32,000 nt of DNA from Phycisphaera mikurensis NBRC 102666 (GCF_000284115.1 NC_017080.1:3771226-3803225), one strand, 5' to 3'. Counted from the stretch's first letter, positions 16,363 through 24,596 are shown. The notes: generated by a model not told the origin, from the letters alone. Numbers and translations are program-made.

Positions 16363-16500
16363 ACCCCCCAGGGAGCGTGGCACCCGGTCAGGGGGGGACG
16401 CGGTGGGTGCCACGCCGCTTGCGGGGTGGCGGGCGTGAAAGGTCGTCGGGTCCCCGCCACCCCCCAAGGGGCGTGGCACCCGTGGCACCCATGGGCACCC
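16361..16500. repeat. REP/REPIN cluster downstream of the RAYT gene: one half REPIN cut by the IS (16361-16385), one full 77-nt REPIN hairpin (16405-16481), then degenerate GGCACCC repeats
   Basis: It shares the arms GGGTGCCACGCCGCTTGCGGGGTGGC / GCCACCCCCCAAGGGGCGTGGCACCC and a related 19-nt linker with the array at 17095-17554. Confidence 0.75.
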
Positions 16501-16514
16501 GACCCGGCGGGGAG

Positions 16515-17048
16515 TCAGCGGAGGTGTGGAAGGCGCAGGGCCCGGATGGGCGTCCCCAGCGATGACCACCGCCAATCCTCCGCTCGGGCCACCAGACCCC
16601 GCCGCACCGGGTTCTGATGGACGTAGTTCACCTTCTCACGAAGATCGTCGTCTCCCCGGATCCACCGGTCGTACCCGCCGCCGGTGAGCCAGAAACGCCG
16701 GGTGTTGTCTTTGCGAATGAGCGGCCGGAGGGCGGCGGGCCGCTCGACCTCCCACAGCGCGAAGGTGTCACGCGCAAAACGGCTCTTGAGGCCGCCGAGG
16801 GCGCGGGCGAGAGGAAGGCGGCCACCCATGACGAGCAGGTGGAGGTGCTCGGGCATGAGCACCCACGCGACCAGGCGGAGGTCGCCGGCGAGCACGACGC
16901 CAAGGAGGTTCTCGGCGGACGCGTCGCGCGTCGCGGCCCGGTGGAAGAGCGGGAGACGGTGCTCGCACGAGCAGGTCATAAATCGGGTGGCGCGAGGGTC
17001 ACCGCGTTGACGCTTCGCCTTGCGGGGTCGGTCGGCGTCGTCGGTCAC
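16515..17048 (-). CDS. REP-associated tyrosine transposase (RAYT, IS200/Y1 HUH-type)
   Basis: C-terminal part of the 16515..17552 ORF. HUH motif in VLMPEHLHLLV, catalytic Tyr motif in VNYVHQNPVRRGLV, then WRWSS. The N-terminal ATRFMTCSCEHRLPLF matches the usual YFVTxxTxxRxxLF strand. The GTG at 17048 is chosen as the start because the upstream part of the ORF is just the translated REPIN array. Confidence 0.8.
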   Translation of the reverse strand: MTDDADRPRKAKRQRGDPRATRFMTCSCEHRLPLFHRAATRDASAENLLGVVLAGDLRLVAWVLMPEHLHLLVMGGRLPLARALGGLKSRFARDTFALWEVERPAALRPLIRKDNTRRFWLTGGGYDRWIRGDDDLREKVNYVHQNPVRRGLVARAEDWRWSSLGTPIRALRLPHLR

Positions 17049-17094
17049 CGCCGCAGCGTCGCAGATCCGGACCGAAGATGTTCCGGCGCGGACT

Positions 17095-17554
17095 GGGTGC
17101 CACGCCGCTTGCGGGGTGGCGGGCGCGGGAGGCTGTCGCGGCTCGGCCACCCCCCAAAGGGCGTGGCACCCGATCGGTGGAGGACGCGGTGGGTGCCACG
17201 CCGCTTGCGGGGTGGCGAGCGCGGGAGGCTGTCGCGGCTCGGCCACCCCCCAAGGGGCGTGGCACCCGATCGGTGGAGGACGCGGTGGGTGCCACGCCGC
17301 TTGCGGGGTGGCGGGCGCGGGAGGTTGTCGCGACTCGGCCACCCCCCAAAGGGCGTGGCACCCGATCGGTGGAGGACGCGGTGGGTGCCACGCCGCTTGC
17401 GGGGTGGCGGGCGCGGGAGGCTGTCGCGGCTCGGCCACCCCCAAGGGGCGTGGCACCCGATCGGTGGAGGACGCGGTGGGTGCCACGCCGCTTGCGGGGT
17501 GGCGGGCGCGGGAGGTTGTCGCGACTCGGCCACCCCCCAAAGGGCGTGGCACCC
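17095..17554. repeat. Tandem array of 5 REPIN units (about 96-bp period: 77-nt imperfect hairpin plus 19-nt linker) immediately upstream of the RAYT gene
   Basis: Copies start at 17095, 17191, 17287, 17383 and 17478. Each unit is GGGTGCCACGCCGCTTGCGGGGTGGC..(apical part)..GCCACCCCCCAAAGGGCGTGGCACCC followed by GATCGGTGGAGGACGCGGT. The outer 12 bp pair perfectly (GGGTGCCACGCC / GGCGTGGCACCC). Confidence 0.9.
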
Positions 17555-17556
17555 GG

Positions 17557-17748
17557 TCAATGGGGGACGCGGAGCTTGCCGGTGACCGCCGCGGAGATCA
17601 GCGCGGAGCGGCGTTCGAGGAGGAGGGCGATGGAGCGATCGGCTTCGGCAAGGAGGGTGTCGAGGTCGGCGAGGCGATCTTCAAGGGCGACCAGAATCTC
17701 GGCGATTTCCTCTTCAGGAGGAACCGCGATCCTGATTGATTCGACCGG
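17557..17748 (-). pseudogene. C-terminal remnant of a type I restriction-modification specificity subunit (HsdS)
   Basis: The reverse-strand frame reads ..PVESIRIAVPPEEEIAEILVALEDRLADLDTLLAEADRSIALLLERRSALISAAVTGKLRVPH*. This matches the conserved HsdS C-terminal coiled-coil pattern (..PP..EQ..I...L......L......I..L...R.AL...L.TGK.RV). No target-recognition domain, hsdM or hsdR lies nearby. Confidence 0.5.
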
Positions 17749-17890
17749 AAGCTCAAGAAGCTCAAGAAGCTCAAGGGGTACGTCCCCTCGAGAATCTCCC
17801 CTCGAGAATCTCGAGAATCCCTCGAGAATCCGTCCCCTCGAGAATCAGGGGTACGTCCCCTCGAAAATCTGAAAGTCCCTCGAAGATCCT
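17748..17890. repeat. Low-GC degenerate tandem repeat: GAAGCTCAA x3, then about 7 copies of (CCC)CTCGAGAATC-type units; GGGGTACGTCCCCTCGA occurs twice
   Basis: Read directly. There are several XhoI-type CTCGAG cores with variable unit lengths (9-22 nt). GC is clearly below the surroundings. Confidence 0.85.
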
Positions 17891-17998
17891 GCGCTGCTGC
17901 ATGACCGCGTGGCTGCCGCGCCGACGGACTTCCTCGAAGCCTTGGGCTTTGAGCGGGTCGCAGCAGTCCTTCCCCGAGAAGGTCCGCAACCTAGGCAA
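17771..17998 (-). pseudogene. hicA: HicA-like mRNA interferase toxin ORF whose 3' third is built from the CTCGAGAAT repeat (probably disrupted)
   Basis: From the TTG at 17998 it reads MPRLRTFSGKDCCDPLKAQGFEEVRRRGSHAVMQQR.., giving the HicA GF..V...GSH core. The sequence then runs into the repeat as RIFEGLSDFRGDVPLILEGTDSRGILEILEGRFSRGRTP. The same DNA 9-mer is read in three different frames there (ILE / DSR / FSR). Confidence 0.45.
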
Positions 17999-18212
17999 CG
18001 CAGACCTCCAGCGAGGTGACGGATACGTCGCCCCGCAGGCGGTCGTCGATCTCGATGGGATCTGCGGCCTCCAGAAAGAGTTCCACCGCTTCTTGCAGGT
18101 TCGCCCGCGCCTCGGGGATCGTGTCGCCTTGGCTCGCGACGTCGACTTCGGGGCAGACGCCGACGTAGCCGTCGCCGTCGGCGGTGATGATCGCGGTGAA
18201 GTGACGGCTCGT
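17991..18212 (-). pseudogene. hicB: HicB-like (UPF0150) antitoxin lacking an in-frame canonical start codon
   Basis: The frame reads (T)SRHFTAIITADGDGYVGVCPEVDVASQGDTIPEARANLQEAVELFLEAADPIEIDDRLRGDVSVTSLEVCVA*, a classic HicB N-domain. The frame opens after a TGA and has only ACG at 18212. The nearby ATG (18220) is in another frame. Confidence 0.55.
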
Positions 18213-18280
18213 TGGAGCATCGTACGTTCAGGCCGCGGACCGTCGCTCATTTCACAATAATCCGCCGACGATCCGCGGAT

Positions 18281-18375
18281 CTGTCCACCCGCGCGTGCGC
18301 GCGACAAAGCGGGTACCGGCACGTGCTGCAAGGCGAGCGGCCCGCTGTCCACCCGCGCGTGCGCGCGACAGAGCG
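18281..18375. repeat. Two 32-bp direct repeats (18281-18312 and 18344-18375, 31/32 identical) separated by 31 bp
   Basis: CTGTCCACCCGCGCGTGCGCGCGACA(A/G)AGCGG; each contains a small GC hairpin. They lie between the groEL terminator and the hicB-like remnant. Confidence 0.85.
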
Positions 18376-18454
18376 GTGCAGCCGAAGCCGCACTGCCGAG
18401 CCGGTGAGACGAGCCCCCGGGTTTCCCGGGAATCCCGTCGAGGATGGACAGCCG

Positions 18455-18484
18455 CCACAAACGAAGCGGCGGGTCTCCCGCCGC
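18455..18484 (-). terminator. Intrinsic terminator of groEL
   Basis: On the transcribed strand: gcggcggg-aga-cccgccgc (8-bp stem) followed by ttcgtttgtgg. It lies about 46 nt after the groEL stop (18530-18532). Confidence 0.6.
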
Positions 18485-18529
18485 GGAGGCGTATCCCGTT
18501 CAGGACGCGACCCCCCGGCGAAGCCGGAA

Positions 18530-20266
<1,737 letters not shown>

Positions 20267-20283
20267 TCAGCCGCCGGAACCCG

Positions 20284-20571
20284 TCAGCCCACGACCGCGA
20301 GGACCTCGTCCTCGCCGAGCACGACGTACTCCTCGCCGTCGACCTTGACCTCGGTGCCGCCCCACTTGCCGAGGACGACCGTGTCGCCCTCTTTCACCTG
20401 GAAGGGGAGGACCTCGCCGCTGTCGGTCCTCTTGCCGGTGCCGACGCGGACGACCTTCGCGTGCTGCGGCTTCTCCTTCGCGGACTCGGGCAGGTAGATG
20501 CCGGAGGCGGTTTTCTCTTCGGCCTTGAGGCGCTGGACGAGGATCTTGTCGCCGAGGGGCTTGAGCTTCAT
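20284..20571 (-). CDS. groES: Co-chaperonin GroES (10 kDa)
   Basis: MKLKPLGDKILVQRLKAEEKTASGIYLPESAKEKPQHAKVVRVGTG...; 95 aa, directly upstream of groEL, preceded by a gaaggaa SD. Confidence 0.95.
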   Translation of the reverse strand: MKLKPLGDKILVQRLKAEEKTASGIYLPESAKEKPQHAKVVRVGTGKRTDSGEVLPFQVKEGDTVVLGKWGGTEVKVDGEEYVVLGEDEVLAVVG

Positions 20572-20654
20572 CTGCAGGTTCCTTCTTCGAGGGTGGTGGG
20601 GGGAGGGCGGGCGGCGGGTGCCGTCCGTCGAGAAAGCGGGGGGTGCGCTCCGGA

Positions 20655-21200
20655 TCAGGCGGCGGGAGGACGGGTCGCGGCGTCGCCGGGCCAGCGGTCC
20701 TGGTGGCCCCGGCGGAGCACGCGGCGGATCGCTTCGAGCAGGGTGTTGAGCTCGACCGGGCGCGGGATGACGGCGGAGGCGCCCAGCCGGAGCGAGGCGA
20801 GCAGGAGGCGCTCGGCTTGGCGGGGACCCGCGGCGGCGTTGATGACCACGGTGGCGGGGGCACCCTCCATGCGGCGGAGCACCTCGAGCAGCCAGAGACC
20901 CGAGGCGGGCGGGCGGAGCGGGCCGCTGCCGCCGGCGGGGGTGGCGAGGTCGATCACGGCGATGTCGAAGCGCATCCGGCTCGCGGCGTCGAGCGCGGCG
21001 GTTCCGCTAGGAACGCGAGCCGCTTCCACGCCGAGCGGGCCGAGCAGGCGGGGCATCTGGCGGGTCCAGTGCTCATCCGCGTGGACGCGGTCCTCGGTCA
21101 CCAGCAGGCGGAGCCGCGGCTCCGGCCGCGGCAACGCGCCCCCGGCCGGTTCGACCGGGGGACGCGGGTTCGGGGGCGAGGGAAGGGAGGGTGCCACCAT
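20655..21200 (-). CDS. Stand-alone response-regulator receiver-domain protein (atypical)
   Basis: Starts at the internal ATG at 21200 of the 20655..22130 ORF. LRLLVTEDR... carries the acidic pair and DIAVIDLATP the phospho-Asp position. ...TVVINAAAG has Asn where Thr/Ser is usual, and ...AVIPRPVE has Arg where the conserved Lys is usual. Confidence 0.65.
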   Translation of the reverse strand: MVAPSLPSPPNPRPPVEPAGGALPRPEPRLRLLVTEDRVHADEHWTRQMPRLLGPLGVEAARVPSGTAALDAASRMRFDIAVIDLATPAGGSGPLRPPASGLWLLEVLRRMEGAPATVVINAAAGPRQAERLLLASLRLGASAVIPRPVELNTLLEAIRRVLRRGHQDRWPGDAATRPPAA

Positions 21201-21352
21201 GGCGACGTCTGGAATGCAATCCGCGTACCAGCGGGAGAAGATCCATTGATCGGTGTGGTACGCCTCCGGAGGGCGGGTTAGAGTCGCTGCCCGCAAGCCG
21301 CGGGACTCGCGGGCTGACGAGACGCAAAGCACCGGCGGCCGGCGGTGTCGGA

Positions 21353-23386
21353 TTGGCAGCCGGCAGCCCGCCCGACGGGGGCTCCACGAATCCCGCCGAA
21401 CCTCCCCGCTTCGCCGAGACACGCTTGCCGCCAGTCCCCGACATCCTCCTCCTGCTTCTCGCCTGGGCGGTGGGCTGCGCGGCCGTGGGTGGGTGGGGCC
21501 TGGCGGCGGCCCGGGCGATGTCGCTGGTGGGGGTGACGCGGGAGGAGCCCAGAGCGGCCGCTCCCGCGGCGGCGGCAAGCCCGCCCCGGGCGGGGCTCGC
21601 GGGGCGCCCGCCGGCGCGGGTGGCGCGGCCCGGGGGCTTGGGCCTGGCGGCGTGGTGGCTGGGCCTGCCGCCGATGCTGCTCTTTCTGCAGGCCTGGCAC
21701 CTGGCGATGCCGGTGGGCTGGCTCGCGTGGCCGGCCGTGCTGGCGATCGCCGCGGCGGGGTACCACCTGGGGCGTGAGGCGGCGGCGAGGTGGCTCCGTT
21801 GGGGCCTCGCCCACCCGGCGGTCCTGGCGGCGACGGGGGTTGCGGCGGTGGCGCTGGCCTGGCGGGTGGCGACGCCGGCCGGGCCCGGGGCCCCGCGGGA
21901 GGTGGCGGCGGCGTGGGAGCCACTGGTGCAGCTGGGCCGCCAGTGGTCGCTGCCGCTGGGTGTGGGCAACCTGTCGGCGGTCTTCGGGCTGAACCACGCC
22001 TGGACGCTGCTCGCCGCGCTCTTCTCGGTGGGCCCTTGGGCGGGGCTTCCCGGCCGGGCCGCGTCGGGGCTGGTGGCGCTCCCGCTGGCCGCGGCGGCGT
22101 TCGCCGGGCTCGCCGCCGCGGCGGGGGCACGCCGCGGGTCCGGCGACGACCGGGCGACGCCGCTGGAAGCGGACGAGCGGGCCGGTGCCCTCGCCGCGGG
22201 CTTCTTCGACGCCGGAGCCGCCCTGCTGCTCGCGGCCTGGATCGCCGGGCCGGGCCTGTCCGCTCCGCTGCCGGGGGTTGGGGCGGGGGCGCTGCTCTTC
22301 GCCGCGACCGGGCAGGCCTTCCGGGGCGTCGCGCCGTCGCTGTGCCCGCACCGCGGCGAGCGGATCGACCGGCTGGCGGTGGCGGTCGTGCTGGCGGCGG
22401 GGGCGGCCGCGGCGCACCCGCCCGCCTGGGCGATCGCCTTCCCGCTGATGCTCTGGTCGGGGTGGGTGCTGCTGGTCACCGACCGGGCCGCGTTGCCGGC
22501 GCGGCGGTCGACCCGCTCCGTCGGCTTCGATCACCACCTCCTCCCCGGGGCGCTCCCGCGGAAGGGCACCGTGATCGCGCTCGCGGTGGGCGTGGGCGCC
22601 CTGGCGGCGGCTTGGGTGCTGCGCAGCCTCTGGACCACCGGGCGGCCGCTGTTCCCCTTCCAGGCCCTCTCTCTGCCGGTGGACTGGGCGGTGTCGCGGT
22701 CCGCGGTGCGCGAGCTGGGCCGCGTGCTCGGCGAGCCGGCGGTGCTGGAGTCGGTGCTTGCCCAAGCCGGGGGGGTGCTCCTGCCCGCAACGGCCGGGGT
22801 GCTCGCCTGGCTGCTGTGGATCGCTCGCGGGGGGGCCGAGGGCCGGCAGCGTCGGACCGCCCCGCTGCCGCTCGTGCTCGCGGCGGGGTTGTCGCTGTCG
22901 CTCTTCGAGCCGGGGCCGACGCCGGGATCCGCGGTCAACGCGGCCGCGGCCGCGGCCATCGCCGCGGGCGGCCTGGCGGCGCTGGCGATGGGCGGGCCGC
23001 GGGGCGGGCGGTCCGCGGGCACGCCGCACCCGTGGCTGCTGACCGGGGCCGTGCTCGTGGCCGCCGCGGGGGTCGCGGTGGCGGCGGCGCTGACGCCAGC
23101 GGCGCCGTCGGCGTCCGCCGCCGATCCGGCGGCTCCGACGCCGCCCCCGCCGCCGCCGATCGCCGCCGACGCCGGGATGCGGCCGTGGGTTTCCGCGTGG
23201 GGGGTGGAGGCGCAGGTGCCCGCCGCCGAGCCCGAGCGGGCCGCGGCGGCCGAAGGCCTGCCGGGCTTCACGCCGCTGCCGTCGGCGGCACGCGAACCCT
23301 CCGCATCGCTCCGCGCGAACGACCCCGCGGACCCCGAGGCGGGGTTCAGGCTGGACCGACGCGACCCGCGGCAGGTCCGATGGTGA
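21353..23386 (+). CDS. Large polytopic membrane protein, function unknown (start uncertain, 21191-21530)
   Basis: This is the only frame with a hydrophobic L/A/W/G-rich TM-like composition (..ILLLLLAWAVGCAAVGGWGLAAA.., LGLPPMLLFLQAWHLAMPVGWLAWPAVLAIAAAGY..); the overlapping frames are R/G/P junk. The TTG at 21353 is chosen as a plausible start. The last 10 codons and the stop come from the tandem repeat. Confidence 0.6.
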   Translation: MAAGSPPDGGSTNPAEPPRFAETRLPPVPDILLLLLAWAVGCAAVGGWGLAAARAMSLVGVTREEPRAAAPAAAASPPRAGLAGRPPARVARPGGLGLAAWWLGLPPMLLFLQAWHLAMPVGWLAWPAVLAIAAAGYHLGREAAARWLRWGLAHPAVLAATGVAAVALAWRVATPAGPGAPREVAAAWEPLVQLGRQWSLPLGVGNLSAVFGLNHAWTLLAALFSVGPWAGLPGRAASGLVALPLAAAAFAGLAAAAGARRGSGDDRATPLEADERAGALAAGFFDAGAALLLAAWIAGPGLSAPLPGVGAGALLFAATGQAFRGVAPSLCPHRGERIDRLAVAVVLAAGAAAAHPPAWAIAFPLMLWSGWVLLVTDRAALPARRSTRSVGFDHHLLPGALPRKGTVIALAVGVGALAAAWVLRSLWTTGRPLFPFQALSLPVDWAVSRSAVRELGRVLGEPAVLESVLAQAGGVLLPATAGVLAWLLWIARGGAEGRQRRTAPLPLVLAAGLSLSLFEPGPTPGSAVNAAAAAAIAAGGLAALAMGGPRGGRSAGTPHPWLLTGAVLVAAAGVAVAAALTPAAPSASAADPAAPTPPPPPPIAADAGMRPWVSAWGVEAQVPAAEPERAAAAEGLPGFTPLPSAAREPSASLRANDPADPEAGFRLDRRDPRQVRW

Positions 23387-23520
23387 GCCCGACGCGACCC
23401 GCGGCGGGTCCGATGGTGAGCCCGACGCGATCCGCGGCAGGTCCGATGGTGAGCCCGACGCGATCCGCGGCAGGTCCGATGGTGAGCCCGACGCGATCCG
23501 CGGCAGGTCCGATGGTGAGC
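23356..23520. repeat. Tandem repeat, 33-bp unit x5 (plus a partial sixth)
   Basis: CCGACGCGA(C/T)CCGCGGC(A/G)GGTCCGATGGTGAGC. Copies start at 23356, 23389, 23422, 23455 and 23488; copies 3-5 are identical. Confidence 0.95.
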
Positions 23521-23553
23521 CCGAGCCCCGTCCCGACGGCGTAGCTTCGCGGC

Positions 23554-24030
23554 GTGCCGACGCCGCCCGTTCCCCCAGCCGACGCCGCCGCGACCGATGC
23601 CCGCGGCCTCCGGGTGCTCGCGCCCGGCGTCGCGGTCCCGCCCGGGGCCGTCACCGAGGCGGCCGTGCGCAGCGGCGGCCCCGGCGGACAGAACGTCAAC
23701 AAGGTGGCCACGAAGATCGTGCTCACCGTCGACGGTACGGCGTTGCTGGACGCTCTGCCGCGCCACGCGCACGCCCGGCTGATCGCCCTCGCCGGCACGC
23801 GCTGGTCCGCCGCCGGGCTGGTCGTCGCGGCGAGCGAAGCCCGCGGCCAGCTCGCCAACCGGCGGGCGGCCCGGCTCCGCGTCCGCGAGCTGCTGGTCGC
23901 GGCCCTGCACCGCCCGACGCCGCGCCGGCCGCGCACGGTGAGCCGCCGGGCGAAGGCCCGCCGGGTGGAGGCCAAGCGCCGGCGGGGCGTCCTCAAGCGG
24001 GGCCGCAGCGACGGCGGAGCCGACGCATGA
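23554..24030 (+). CDS. arfB: Alternative ribosome-rescue factor ArfB (YaeJ-type peptidyl-tRNA hydrolase, GGQ domain)
   Basis: RSGGPGGQNVNKVATKIVL GGQ motif, plus a strongly basic C-terminal tail (RPRTVSRRAKARRVEAKRRRGVLKRGR). GTG start. The stop overlaps the next start (ATGA). Confidence 0.8.
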   Translation: MPTPPVPPADAAATDARGLRVLAPGVAVPPGAVTEAAVRSGGPGGQNVNKVATKIVLTVDGTALLDALPRHAHARLIALAGTRWSAAGLVVAASEARGQLANRRAARLRVRELLVAALHRPTPRRPRTVSRRAKARRVEAKRRRGVLKRGRSDGGADA

Positions 24031-24596
24031 CCCCCCCCGCCCCGCCCGCTTCTCCCCGGCCCGGCCCGCCCGCGGCGCCAACCCGCTACGTCGTCGCGAC
24101 GCTGTGCTTCCTCTTCGATGCGGAGGGCCGGGTGCTGCTGCTGGAGCGCAGCCGCCCGCCCAACCGGAACCTGCACTCCCCCATCGGCGGCAAGCTGGAG
24201 ACGGCGATCGGCGAGAGCCCCGCCGCCTGCGCCGCCCGCGAGATCCACGAGGAGGCGGGGGTCACGGTGGACGCCGCCGACCTCCACCTCGCGGGGGTCG
24301 TGTCCGAATCGGACTTCCCGGGCGTGGGTCACCTGCTGATGTTCCTCTACGAGGTCACCCGGCCGGTGGCGGTGCCGCCGGGGGCGATCGACGAGGGCCG
24401 GCTCGCCTGGCACGCACCCGAGGACCTGCCGGGCCTGGCGGTGCCCCAGACGGACCGCGAGGTGATCTGGCCGCTGTTCCTCGCCAATCGCGGCGGCTTC
24501 TTCGCCGCCCACATCGACCTCGCCGGCGGGCGTCTGCGGTGGCGGCTGGAGGCGGGCCTTCCCGCCGCCGGCGGAACCCCAGAGCCTGGCGATTAG
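24027..24596 (+). CDS. NUDIX hydrolase
   Basis: Nudix box GGKLETAIGESPAACAAREIHEEAGV (GX5EX7REUXEEXGU). Confidence 0.85.
   Translation: MTPPAPPASPRPGPPAAPTRYVVATLCFLFDAEGRVLLLERSRPPNRNLHSPIGGKLETAIGESPAACAAREIHEEAGVTVDAADLHLAGVVSESDFPGVGHLLMFLYEVTRPVAVPPGAIDEGRLAWHAPEDLPGLAVPQTDREVIWPLFLANRGGFFAAHIDLAGGRLRWRLEAGLPAAGGTPEPGD

Noticed and set aside
17049-17552. Repeat-protein reading of the 345-aa ORF (..PQAAWHPPRPPPIGCHA.. repeated)
   Set aside because: This is simply the REPIN array translated. All six frames are open across it. The RAYT homology starts only near 17048.
17095-17554. CRISPR array (regular ~96-bp periodicity, palindromic repeats)
   Set aside because: The would-be spacers are identical between units, so there are no unique spacers. 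The unit is a long inverted-repeat hairpin, no cas genes are present, and the same element flanks a RAYT gene. It is a REPIN tandem array.
23384-23520. Selenocysteine (UGA plus SECIS) or programmed readthrough at the repeated TGAs
   Set aside because: The only hairpin available after each TGA is short and weak (GGACC..GGTCC), and it does not have the usual bacterial SECIS spacing or shape. No selenoprotein-like context exists. I kept it only as a remote possibility inside the tandem-repeat finding.
20655-24512. Overlapping long ORFs (20655..22130 N-terminal part, 21073..22479, 21278..23029, 21790..23544, 22531..24081, 23346..24512)
   Set aside because: All are R/G/P/A-rich. All are mutually exclusive with the hydrophobic membrane-protein frame, or with arfB and the NUDIX gene, which carry diagnostic motifs.
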